Source of the DNA: Octopus sinensis
Lineage: Eukaryota
NCBI RefSeq assembly: GCF_006345805.1
Contig: NC_043005.1
Span: forward strand, 9,424,001-9,488,000
Direction: 5' to 3'
DNA length: 64,000 nt
Both the position numbers and the translations under genes were made by a program. Positions 14,175 to 26,985 of this stretch are shown piece by piece. Within the stretch, counting starts at the first letter, position 1. The number at the start of each line of letters is the position of its first letter. A model generated the notes under the pieces. That model was given only the letters and a program-made list of their open reading frames with translations. It was not told the DNA's origin and made no database searches.

Positions 14175-14420
14175 CTTGTTCACAGATATTCCGACAAATC
14201 CACAGCCACTTTCTCCACGTATGAGTAATCAAATTCATGACTTCGACAACTGTCCTTCGTTGGTCCGAACAGAAAGAAATCGAAGAGCACTATATTCTTC
14301 TCTGTGCAGGGGACGGGAGCCCATTGACCAGTTGAATTTGCCATTTCTCACTTGTTGCCAAAAATGTGTATCTGTGCGTGATCAGAGCATTTGAAATCGG
14401 TCTCCCTTCTCACTCTTCTT
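14175..14420 (-). pseudogene. Degenerate mariner catalytic-domain fragment
   Basis: Minus frame ...WAPVP...LFDFFLFGPTKDSCRSHEFD...KVAVD resembles PSDFHLFGPLKxxLRGxxF. Confidence 0.45.
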
Positions 14421-14616
14421 CGAGAAGTACATTGAATAATAATGCTTCTAAAGCTTTCTATTTAGATCAAAGACAAATTCCATCCTACATCTATTCGAAC
14501 AGGACTGACCTCGTGCTAAAATAAATGAAAACAAAATAGTTAATAAAAAGCAAAACTTGGAAATAATAAGAAAGGTCAGAGTACATACAACATCAACAAC
14601 AACAAATATCATAAAT

Positions 14617-14845
14617 CTCTTTTACTCTTTTCCTTGTTTTAGTCATTTGACTGTGGCCATGCTGGAGCACCGCCTTTAGTCGAGCAAATCGACTCCAGGA
14701 CTTATTCTTTGTAAGCCTAGTACTTATTCTATCGGTGTCTTTTGCCGAACGCTAGGTGACGGGGACGTAAACACACCAGCATCGGTTGTCAAGCGATGTT
14801 GGGGGGACAAACACAGACATACAAACATTTACACACACACGTATA
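14617..14845 (-). mobile_element. SINE family A, 3' half
   Basis: Matches about 345-590. Confidence 0.9.
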
Positions 14846-15108
14846 TATATATAGGGGCTTCATTGAAAGAAAAATGACAACGCTATTCAAAAGAAGATTT
14901 GTTTTTTTATAAGCTTGGAGCTGAGAAAACTAATGAGAGTACAGGAGGCGGTCGAAAAAGCCAGCTACTATATATGGCCGAAGCGAGAAGACCAATGCCA
15001 GCAGGAAAATAACATCACTAGGTGAGACAAGCTGACACTGAATCAGCTTTGCTGACTGATAGGTGATGGTCATTTATAAGAATGTGTGGACTAAGATTGC
15101 GCGCCTTC

Positions 15109-15215
15109 ATTGGTCAGTTAAAGTTGAGACAGTGTCACGTGACAACTTGCTGGGGCTGCCTGCTGGAGTCCAGAAGCAGGTATTTAAAGGGGAAAATTTG
15201 ACAAGTCAGTCAGTC
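15109..15215 (+). promoter_or_regulatory. Pol II promoter-like cassette within a probable PLE pseudo-LTR
   Basis: ATTGG at 15109, palindrome TGTCACGTGACA at 15133-15144, TATTTAAA at 15181, Inr-like TCAGTCAGTC at 15206-15215 (27-31 bp from the TATA-like box). Confidence 0.45.
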
Positions 15216-16454
15216 GCCCGCTGACACTCGTTGACGATACATCGAAGAGGCCAGGGAACAGAAGAAAGAAGAGATGCACCCAACACCAGAGCTGACCACA
15301 CCTCCGAAACGGGGGGGGGGCACCACCTCAAAACGGTAGAGGAGTAGGGGACGAAACCGGACGTGGTTCCTCCTGATGATGTTTTGAGCTAACTGGATCC
15401 TATAAAGGAGCTGTTGTGGTAGCAGACCACGAAACACGGTTGAAATTCCTCCAAACTCTGATTTGGATATTCTTCACCGTTTGAATAGATATGACGAAAC
15501 TTCTACAAATATTCCAAGATAAATACTCGTGAGATTTTCTTCACTTTGTTACTGCCTGGTTGACCTTAAACAGGTATTTAATATAAACTTCTACCTTCAG
15601 TAATAGTTTCTTCTCCCGAGCTTTCAAACAGCCGATGTCACGTTTTCTAGCATAGACCTGTAGGAACATAGATGTGAGCTTCATTGCGCAATGATATTAA
15701 TAATTGTATTATCTTGTTTCTTGAATTATTGTTGTTATATATGTATCAGGCTGAGTTAACATATGCTATTTTATTTTGTATTCTGATGAGACTTCCTATC
15801 GTATAATTATAGTTATATTTTAGTTATTTGAATATTCTATCTGAATATATACGATATTTCATTGGAGACAAACATATTGTTTTCTTTTTAAATACAATGA
15901 CAATACATTTTATTGAAATGAATATTTATAATGCTTACATACAATAAAATATAACATATTTAATTAAAACGAAAGGTTCTAATAATTATGAATTTACATA
16001 TTTTCAGGATTATCTACACAGCACAATAATACTCTTCACAGTATGTCTTCCGTCAACTTGTAATATTCAAATGCAACAAAGAAGAAGCTCATAAAAATGT
16101 TTATAAATTTTCAAACGTAAATTTGCATCTACTATATAAAAATTTTAAGGAAGTTAAGTGGTATAATCATTAGAATGTCTGATAGAAAGCGTTGATACTT
16201 TGTTTAGTTTTCTGCTCCGAGATATTTAATCCTGTTGCGACCATCGTTCACTATTCATCCCTTCGGAATAATTCAATAAAGAATCAACCTCGCACTGATG
16301 CACCTTACTCTCCCCAACTCTCTCCCTTCTCATCGCTTTTCTCTCTACCCCGTCTCTCTTTCTGTCTATCCACCTGTAACATCCTAGACATTCAGCTGGC
16401 CCAAAGGGTGGAAGGCTAAGCAGTAACTGTGGCAGCTCACGAATACACGGGAAC

Positions 16455-17369
16455 TTAAAATGAAAACTGAAAGTGTGGTACCGACAAACAACTCATCTTT
16501 TCGAATAATCGAGAGAACATCAACAAAGTAGACCACCTGTTTAATCTAACAATTCAAATTTGATTTAAACATCATTAAAACACATTATACGGATCTCAAC
16601 TTTTAGCACCAGGCCAACAATTTAGGGGGAATATACGCATGCGCAAATGATCAAAATGTTCAGCTGCACGGAGATAAATCAAATTGTTTTTAAATTATAT
16701 CTCTTTTTCTCTTTTACTTGTTTCAGTCATTTGACTGCGGCCATGCTGGAGCACCGCCTTTAGTCGAGCAAATCGACCCCAGGACATATTCTTTTTGTAA
16801 GCCCAGTACTTATTCTATCGGTCTCTTTTGCCGAACCGCTAAGTAACGGGGACATAAACACACCAGCATCGGTTGTCAAGCAATGCTAGAGGGACAAACA
16901 CAGACACACAAACACACGCACGCATATATATATATATATACATATATACGACGGGCTTCTTTCAGTTTCCATCTACCAAATCCACTCACAAGGCTTTGGT
17001 CGGCCCGAGGCTATAGCAGAAAACACTTGCCCAAGGTGCCACGCAGTGGGACTGAACCCGGAACCATGTGGTTGGTAAGCAAGCTACTTACCACACAGCC
17101 ACTCCTACGCCTATATACGGAATTTAAAATAAAAACTGAAAGTGTGGTACCGACAAACAACTCATCTTTTCGAATCATCAAGAGAACATCAACAAAGTAG
17201 ACCACCTGTTTAATTTAACAATTTAAATTTGATTTAAACATCATTAAAACACATTATACGGATCTCAAATTTTAGCACAAGGCCAACAATTTAGGGGGAA
17301 TATACGCATGCGCAAATGATCAAAATGTTCTGCTGCACGGAGATAAATCAAATTGTTTTTAAATTATAT
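16455..17369 (+). repeat. 246-bp direct duplication (16455-16700 and 17124-17369)
   Basis: Constant offset of 669 bp; about 8 substitutions by eye. Confidence 0.95.
16700..17111 (-). mobile_element. SINE family A, full length
   Basis: Matches 345-758; flanked by a 246-bp direct duplication. Confidence 0.9.
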
Positions 17370-17441
17370 ATCTATATACACAGACAGATATACATACAGG
17401 CAGGCAGACAGACAGACAGACACACACACACACATATAAAA

Positions 17442-17541
<100 letters not shown>

Positions 17542-17640
17542 GTCGCAATCCTGCTCATAATCTGTTTGTGAGCCCGAGTTTTCAGTGGAAGTCTTTTGTC
17601 CCAGAATTTGACAATGAGATAACGTATTATAAGAATTTAG

Positions 17641-17802
17641 GGCAGTGAGCTGCTTGGACCCTTAGCATGCCGGGCTAAATGCAGCGCGGCATTTCGTCCG
17701 TCTTTACGTTCTGAATTAAAATTCTGCCGAGGTCGACTTTGCCTTTGATACTTTTGGGGGTCGATAAAATAAATAGCAGTTGACCACTGGGTCGATGGAA
17801 TC
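17641..17802 (+). mobile_element. SINE family C, diverged
   Basis: GGCAGTGAGCTG...TTCTGCCGAGGTCGACTTTGCC...GGTCGATAAAAT. Confidence 0.75.
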
Positions 17803-18099
17803 CTACATGGCAAATATATTAATGTCTACAGCATTTCCTATCGGATTTATACTAATTTATATGAGCTTGGCAAGCCTAAGTAGGCAGAAGCCCCAATTTT
17901 TTTTTATTGAAAACAGTACTCTGATTAGGGAAAACAATCTTGCTACATCAGTGAATCATGTGTGTTATACAAAACACATTTTGTTTAAAAGACGTTTTAC
18001 TCTTTTAACGGATAGAATAAGTACTGGGCTTACAAAAAGAATAAGTCAGTGAAATCATTTCCGTGTTCAAGCCTACCGGAGCACATAACGAGCTCAACC

Positions 18100-18208
<109 letters not shown>

Positions 18209-18487
18209 ATGGGCAATAACTTTTGTGTTTTAACACATCTTTTATAGCAAAACACGCAGGTTTGCTATCGGAACCCTGTGAAATATAAAAAAAAACAAAT
18301 AAAGATGTATCTAGATCACTGGCAAACTTTCTCAAGATGTTATGTGTTTGTGTGTGGGTGTTAGATTAATTTTACTTCTATCTATAAACTGCTGTTAACT
18401 TATCTTTTATCCCTTTATGTTCTATATCAAGAGACTGGTGAAATAGTTGCCAAATTGAAATAAATAAATGTTGACATTTTCGAAAAT

Positions 18488-18524
<37 letters not shown>

Positions 18525-18528
<4 letters not shown>

Positions 18529-18730
18529 CCATGATAGATCGTTATAGCCACTACACACATTTTTGCTCTCCTTGTTTCTCTCTTTGTTTTTTCTGCGTCC
18601 CTTTCTGTAGAAAAGCGTAGGCTCGAAACGTAAAAGACCTTTTCTATTCCCGAGCGTTATACTAATACATCTGTTTGTTTTCTACACCATCTGTCTTCGT
18701 CTTTTGTTTTTTTCGTAAACTCTCCCTGTA
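18525..18730 (+). mobile_element. Small PLE-type repeat with hammerhead-like motif (family HH-B)
   Basis: Homologous to 56770-56975 (-); motif at 18601-18636. Confidence 0.65.
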
Positions 18731-19556
18731 TATATGTATGTTTGTATATATTTATATATGTAAGAAAAGAATCATTCTGCAAGCGATGCTTCAAATTAGG
18801 GAAAACGAGTCGTGAATTCATATATTATCTCATTTACATTTCATTATAAATATTTACTTTTAAATTTAAAAATTATTTCTAAATTATATAATTTATCATT
18901 ATTCGACATCTATTTGCACTCATTAATCTTTTAATTGATTGAATTGTTCTCAGATTCTTTAAATAGGAACGTTTATTGGCAATTCATCTTAAATCTCCTC
19001 GCTCGAGCCCTCTTAAATTAACTCTTATAATAATTTGGTGTATCGTTGTCATTAAAACAAGGACCAGATTTATCCGCACGTATTGTTTTCGGTATCCGTT
19101 TTACACCACTGCAATTATCCAGAATAAAACACACCGTATGTTTCTCTTGTCTAAAATAGCATCATCAATAAAACAATTGGAGGGTATCTTCACTGAAATA
19201 TGAACAATAAACAGACGTACACACTACATATTCGTTCATTGTTGACGTTTTTACTATTCATGCGGTGGTTGAGAGTTTTATGAATTCCTCTCGTTTTATT
19301 TCAGTCATATCCATTATTATTCAGCTTAACAGGAAGAAAAAAAAACACAGCAATGAACAAAAACTGAGATTGAAAGTAAAAATATGAAATAAGCAGATAA
19401 ATATACAAAATCGAATCTATTAGATTAGATGTGAAGGAAGGTTCGGCAAAATACGAAATATAAATTAGATTTAGCTTCACAAAAAAAGAAACATATATAA
19501 ACATACAAAGACACTCCATTATATATGCGTATATATACATACATACATATACGTAT

Positions 19557-19591
<35 letters not shown>

Positions 19592-20065
19592 ATAAACGTA
19601 TATATTTTTGTGTGTTTGTGTATAGGTGATTTAATATAATTGATATTAGCACCAATACTAGTAAACTTTATACTTATTTGAATTCTTGACACCAACGAGT
19701 GAAGCAGATAATCCATAGTAGATTTAATTACATCAGATCAAAGCTAGGTAGTACATTAAAAATTTCGACATAGAAAGCAACGAATACTCTAATAAGCAAA
19801 TCACAGAAAATCATTGATCGGTTTTAATAAATTAAAAACAATCATTTAGATAAAATAAGCTACCAACATTAAATAAAATAATGAGAATTTTATACAGTTT
19901 TTTTAGAAATCAATAATGCATTGTGAACAATATCTTATGCTCATTTTGGATAACAATGAAGAGGCATACACCATATATACATACAAATTTACATATATTC
20001 ATGTTTACTTATATATATATTCATATACATGTAGAGAGAGATATAGACATATATATTTCAAAATG

Positions 20066-20273
20066 TGACTGCGTGTGTACCGTTGGTGATTCTTTTTCCT
20101 TAGTCTTCCCTTCTCTGGATCTTTCCTTTTCCTATGTTTCTCACGAAGAGCTCCGCTCGAAACGTAAAACTCTCTTTCTTCCCTTCCTTACTGAGCGTCC
20201 AATAATACTATACTTGTTCCACGTCCTCGCGTTGTTGTGTTTTCTCTTGGTGTTTTCATGTTTGGATTAACTT

Positions 20274-20275
<2 letters not shown>
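20066..20275 (+). mobile_element. Small PLE-type repeat with hammerhead-like motif (HH-A)
   Basis: Motif at 20136-20170: GTTT-CTCACGA-A-GAGC-TCC-GCTC-GAAA-CG-TA-AAAC. Confidence 0.7.
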
Positions 20276-20342
<67 letters not shown>

Positions 20343-20351
<9 letters not shown>

Positions 20352-20957
20352 ATTTAGGAATGGTCATTTTGCCAGTTTAGCCAATAAAAACACACGCACT
20401 ATATATTTGGTGTTACTTTGCTTCAGTGTTGTTTATTTTTTACATTAAACTTAATCTTATTTCGGCCAGAGTTCTTTCGTCACACTCCTGTGACTGCATC
20501 AGTGGTCCCTTGCTTTCTTCTTTCTTATTTGTGTATCTCTCCTCACTAACTGTCAGCCATTTTGTATTTCTGTTGCATGTGTCTTCATTTGCGCATGCGT
20601 ATATCTCTATGTGCATTTATGTTTAGTTAGTTTGTGTGGGAATGCCTATAATAAGTGTATCTCCTGATTATATACGTTCGTGTAATTTGTTTTTGTTTGT
20701 GTTTATTCTTAGGAAAACACATACAATAGAAATACAAAATGGCTGACGGTTAGTATGGAGAGACACACAAATAAGAAAGAAGAAAGCAAAGGACTACTGA
20801 TGCGGTCACAGGAGTATGACGAAAGAACTCTGGCCGAAATAAGATTAAGATTAATGTAAAAAATGAATAACGCTGAAGCAAAATAACACCAAATATATAT
20901 ATGCGTGCGTTTTTATTGGCTAAACTGGCAAAATGACCATTCCTAAATACAACAATA
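20343..20957. repeat. Long inverted repeat: ~230-bp arms, ~155-bp spacer
   Basis: 20343-20571 is the reverse complement of 20728-20957, about 90% identical by eye; both outer sides are near (TA)n. Confidence 0.9.
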
Positions 20958-21012
20958 TCTGTTTCAAAACACGATTTCACATCAAAAATCTTGCAAAACA
21001 AATATATAAACG

Positions 21013-21081
<69 letters not shown>

Positions 21082-21225
21082 GTCGACGCCCCCAGACGAT
21101 GAAGTAGGCTAGCCCAATACGTAAATACAAAAGGATAAGTCTAGATGTCGAGGAGTTGAGTAGAGGTCATCCGAACGTGCGATATAAGATACATACATAC
21201 ATACATACATACATACATACATACA

Positions 21226-21260
<35 letters not shown>

Positions 21261-21330
21261 GTATATATATATATTAAAATTATAAGTATATGAAAGAATG
21301 GAGTTGAACGACTAGTTAACAAATATCCTT

Positions 21331-21417
21331 TATTCTCGACATATGTTTCGAAGGCTACATATTCCTAATTCCGAAGGAATAAGGAGTACACTATGCAGAT
21401 TTCTCATCAGAAAAATC
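21331..21417 (-). ncRNA. Candidate type I hammerhead ribozyme (PLE-type, palindromic stem III)
   Basis: Minus strand: GATTTTT-CTGATGA-G...C-GAAA-CATATG-TC-GAGAATA. Canonical core, G10.1-C11.1 pair, GUC cleavage triplet. Confidence 0.55.
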
Positions 21418-21572
21418 AAGGAACTTATGTCGACATCAAAATGCACAAAATGTAGTTTCAACCGTGTTCTTTCTGATGTGAATTTGCTACCCAGGTATCG
21501 GTTATCTTTCGAATTATCCTTAATAAGATAATTCATTCAACTAATCAAATATATATATATATATATATATAT

Positions 21573-22072
21573 GCATGTTTATATCTACTCATGTTATATC
21601 AAATGCTTATATGTGTGCACATATAGATATATAAACAGTCCAACGACATTACACTAAAACGATTGAAAGTGTGCAGCGAATGAGCTACAGGGAGAGGCTG
21701 AAAAGACTGCGACTTTACTCGCTGGAGCGAAGACGCGGCGGATATGTATTAATCTACACATGGAACACTCTAGAAGGGCTAGTAACTAATTTCTGCTTTG
21801 AATGTTATACAAATGCCAGTTCAAATTCTGCCGAGGTCAACTTTGCCTTTCAATCTTTCGCGGTCGATGAAATAAGTTCCAGTTGAGCGGTGGCGTCGAC
21901 GTAATCGCTTTATTCCCTCTGCAAAATTTGCTGTCCTGGTGCCAAAATTTAAAACCGATACATTTTACAATCCTTACACTGCGGCATTGTATATACGAGT
22001 ATATGTATACCTCTGTGAGTGCTTATATGAGCAGTTTATGAATAAACATATATATATATATATATATATATA

Positions 22073-22108
<36 letters not shown>

Positions 22109-22583
22109 TGTTTATATCTACTCATGTTATATCAAATGCTTATATGTGTGCACATATAGATATATAAACAGTCCAACGACATTACACTAAAACGATTGAA
22201 AGTGTGCAGCGAATGAGCTACAGGGAGAGGCTGAAAAGACTGCGACTTTACTCGCTGGAGCGAAGACGCGGCGGATATGTATTAATCTACACATGGAACA
22301 CTCTAGAAGGGCTAGTAACTAATTTCTGCTTTGAATGTTATACAAATGCCAGTTCAAATTCTGCCGAGGTCAACTTTGCCTTTCAATCTTTCGCGGTCGA
22401 TGAAATAAGTTCCAGTTGAGCGGTGGCGTCGACGTAATCGCTTTATTCCCTCTGCAAAATTTGCTGTCCTGGTGCCAAAATTTAAAACCGATACATTTTA
22501 CAATCCTTACACTGCGGCATTGTATATACGAGTATATGTATACCTCTGTGAGTGCTTATATGAGCAGTTTATGAATAAACATA
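21573..22583 (+). repeat. Apparently identical tandem duplication, 533-bp period
   Basis: 21573-22050 equals 22106-22583; junctions fall in (TA)n; produces duplicate ORFs at 21671 and 22204. Confidence 0.95.
21639..21790 (+). pseudogene. CR1/L2-type LINE ORF2 C-terminal fragment (repeated at 22172-22323)
   Basis: SVQRMSYRERLKRLRLYSLERRR...LIYTWNTLEGLVTN matches the CR1-type SYxERLKxLxLxSLExRR...YKILxG tail. Confidence 0.75.
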
Positions 22584-22584
22584 T

Positions 22585-22673
<89 letters not shown>

Positions 22674-22696
22674 ATATATATGTATATATATATATA

Positions 22697-23125
22697 GGCG
22701 TAAGAGTAGCTGTGTGGTGAGTAGCCTGCTTACGAACCACGTGGTTCCGGTTTCAGTCCCACTAAGTGGCACCTTCGTCAAGTGTCTTCTACTATAGCCT
22801 CGAGCTGACCAGAGCCTTGTGAGTGGATTTGGTAGACGGAAACTGAAAGAAGCCCGTCGTATATATGTATATATATATATATATGTATATGTAAGTGTGT
22901 GTATATGTTTGCGTGTCTGTGTTTGTTCACCCCACCCCACAACATCGCTTGACAACCGATGCTGGTGTGTTTACGTCCCCCTAACTTAGCGGTTCGGGAA
23001 AAGAGACCGATAGAATAAGTACTAGGCTTACAAAGAATAAGTCCTGGGGTCGGTTTGCTCGACTAAAGGCGGTACACCAGCATGGCCACAGTCAAATGAC
23101 TGAAACAAGTAAAAGAGTAAAAAAG
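22697..23125 (+). mobile_element. SINE family A, full length
   Basis: GGCGTAAGAGTAGCTGTGTGG...ACAAGTAAAAGAGTAAAAAAG. Confidence 0.9.
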
Positions 23126-23131
23126 TATACA

Positions 23132-23166
<35 letters not shown>

Positions 23167-25461
23167 TTATGTATGGATGTCTACATGTCTGTATATATGC
23201 AGATATATTTATATATACACACACACACATATACATGTATATGTACGTATGCATATACACACGCCGCCATATATCTCGGTTATTACATTCTACAATAACA
23301 TTTCACTTAGATATTCAGTTTTCCTATAGATTCTACGATAACATTTTCGTTAATATTTATCACAGTATGTTCTGATGTCGCTAGTAGTCTTTAGACGACA
23401 GTGTAAGTTTGTTTATCGTAAAATATCACTAATAGTACACACACAGATCGTTTGTTAGATATTGTTTTCCACAGAAAGAAATATTATGAACTCACATAAG
23501 CATGGATCAATATTTGCAGGAGAAAAACGTATTTGATATTGTTGCTCTTTTAATTATCATGTTTGTATTAAATTCAATGAGCAGAAAAATGGAATGCTAT
23601 AATCATTTTTTTATTATCATTTGTCAATATATTCCTTGGTTTTGCTTATTCTTTGATATTCTGCATCGGTAAAGGTAGTTGGTTCTAAAATATTGGCCTG
23701 GTGAAACGTGTGCTTTTGTGGTTATTCGTTAATATGAAAACCAGTTTTAACTTACCAGCTTTTCTGTGCATTGTTGAGTACATATTGGTAAAAGTCAAGA
23801 ATCAGGAATCGATGTCGTGTCACAGAAGTTTCTGTTTACAAAATAACAATTTATGGGTGCTGGCTGGACTCACAGTGCCCCCTCTCATTGTGACACCCTC
23901 GATACAGTTGTCTTTCCATAGATTCAACCCTCTTAACTCGCCCAGTCCTTTCAATCCAGAACATAGGCTCTCTGGAATTTTCTCCTACCTCACATCTTTT
24001 CCTGCAGTTTAAACGTTGGCGTAGAAATATCAAGAGCTATGCGACTTAATTGCACTATACTTAACGTTTCACTTGAAACTATTTCATATCTAACCTTATA
24101 TTCAAAAACAAAACGGCATTTCATTTTCATATTTTATGGACTTTATCAATTGTAGATCAACATTATCAAGTATACAAATTAATTATGCAAATCATATAAT
24201 GCAACGTTCGAACAAATATGTCATTTGCATATTATCATATATTCGATGTACCGCTTGCGATAATTGAACATATGTGTCTTGAAGCTTGTGTCTTGACTTG
24301 CATGATGATGTCTAACAATGTTGAAAACTGTTTCCAAACACAACGATAGGCTAAAAGATCATATGCTATTATCCCTTATACGTTTTGCACTTGCGTTTCT
24401 ACATTCTATTTATTTTATACAAGAAGCAACAGTAAGCATTTTAATAGAATGAGAATCAAAGTAAGCTATACTTGATGAAATGTTTTCATGCTCTAGTAAT
24501 TTAAATAAATCCAGAACTGTTTCTGACAATATTAATATAGAAATTTTTCCTACTCGGAAACTGCATTGTCCCAAGCAATTTACACTTTAACAGGAATTGT
24601 CGAAGATCGAATTGTTTGCGATACATTATATTTTTGTAATTAATTTCAATTAATTTAAATATCATAGTTCACTCATCAAAATTTCTGGAGTAGTTTTACG
24701 ATTAATGTAGCAATACTTTTCCTCGGCACTAATTTATTTCTATTCATTAATACTTCTAATTTGACTACATCAAGTATGCAACTGCACACCTCATTACTAA
24801 TATTTAATGAGGCAGCCCTCCATCGTTTTCTCAATTATCATGGCACCCCATTTTTATCCAGCTGTTTTTGGACTTTGCAGCTAAAAATGATGAAATTGAA
24901 TACATTGTAATATGTCCGGACTTTTTTCCGTTTCAAGAAAAACAAGCTTTTCTCTCCACAGCCTCCTATATTTAATTCACTTTAATTAATTAGAACTTCT
25001 AAGGTTTCCTTCCGTTATACTTTTGTATATATTTAGTCAATAATAATATGATTGCTCTCATTATTAAGAATGTAATTTTAACAATAATTTTTGTTATTAT
25101 ATCAACTTCGTTAGTTTCTCCATTGCCATCATTCAATATGTTTAATCACGCGTTATATCGAATCGCAACTCGTAGTGTACGATGAGAAATATTTTGTGCC
25201 TTCAATATAATTTTTTTCCCTGCAATTCGTATTTGTTCTTAGATATATGTTGTGGACACTCCGGATATTTCTCACAGAATCTAAAAGGCATATTTTCTGC
25301 ACTACACTTACGATCAGATTAAAGTCAAATTTGTTGGTATAACACTCCTCTTTTCCTGTTCCTTTCTTTTTATTCTTGTGTCAAATGGACATATCGTGTT
25401 GACTAATTTACTCTTTTTTTTTTCAAGGTTCTTCTTGCATTCATTTTCCAAAGTTTCCAAA

Positions 25462-25612
25462 GTTTCCCCGTAACTTAGCGGTTCTGCAAAAGAGACCGAC
25501 AGAATAAGTACTAGGCTTCCAAAGAATAAGTCCTGGGGGCGATTTGGTCGACTAAAGGCGGTACTCCAGCATGGCCACAGCCAAATGACTGCAATAAGTA
25601 AAAGGGTAAAGC
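25462..25612 (+). mobile_element. SINE family A, 3' fragment
   Basis: CCCCGTAACTTAGCGG...CCAGCATGGCCACAG. Confidence 0.85.
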
Positions 25613-26529
25613 CGTATCAAATTTCAAACTTGGCCAAGGCATTTATGTAAGTCCCACTTCGTAGTAAAACGAGCGGAAAGAACTTGTGATCGTCAAGATT
25701 CTTGATCCAACTTACATGACACGTTGGCAGCTGCTTCACGTTGGGTTTCACTTAATTGACTTTCTTTCATTTTGGATTATGAAGAAGAATACAAATTCAA
25801 CCGCAAATATGGATTGGATAGCATTTCTAAAAATAAATAATGGAAATTTTATCAAGCGTACTATCGATGCAATCAATTTCATGTCGAAACCAAACCAGAA
25901 CTAGTAGAATGGGCTTATAGTACCACCATCAGGAAAGAATACCACTTCATCAAAAACCAGACATCCTACAGGTTCACTTAATTCGATTGCTTGTACGTAT
26001 TTTCTTGCATATATATATTATTAGCTTCACTTCAAATCCCTCGATCGCGTGAGGGTACCCATTCTTTCGGAAAAGGAAACAGAAATTCCAAATCTGTCCA
26101 AATGCGTCAGAAAATAGTCAGACAACATGTTTTCCAATAACATGGAAAAACCTTTGATGACGCAAAAACGCATCAAATTTAATTTCTCCACAGAAGAGAG
26201 TTCTTTTTGAAAATTTCCAACAAAACAATCACCTGTAAAATATCGTCAGTAACAAAAGGACTCCGCATCGCTGCGTAATTACTTTTAGACACAATCCACG
26301 TTCTGGTTGCATTTATAATACACGGTATTTGGAGGATAGTGTATTTGTAGTCTGTAACCTGTCGGATCATGTGAGTCCGCTTAAATATGTCCGCTCTCTC
26401 TCAAAATATTCTCTGCAGAATTATAAACACATATTTCACGTATATGACTATGAAACTGAGTTACAATGGAGTTAAATTCACTAACTGTTTACCGATAATT
26501 ATTTAAACTCTATTTAATGTATCAAGCGC

Positions 26530-26546
26530 TCAGTTCTATCTGTTAT

Positions 26547-26577
<31 letters not shown>

Positions 26578-26985
26578 TACGCATAGCGAAAAGATCCACA
26601 TACACACAAAAAACACACAACATACAAAAGACACACACGCATTCACACACACAAAACACACGTACATGCACAAAAACACACGCACTCACACACACTCACA
26701 TACAAACACACACACAAACGCACCCACCCACATACACACACACACATGCACTCACACACACAAACACACACACATACACACACTCACATGCACACACTCG
26801 CACTCACACACACTCACATACAAACACACACACAAACGCACCCACCCACATACACACACACATGCACTCACACACTTACACAAACACACACACATACACA
26901 TTCTCACATGCACACACACACGCACACAAACACACACCCAAACTACCCTCATACACACACACCTTTACACATATGCACGTCCCCC
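26530..26985. repeat. CA-rich cryptic satellite with an internal ~118-bp tandem duplication
   Basis: About 26683-26800 recurs at about 26801-26920; source of the HT-repeat ORFs. Confidence 0.85.
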
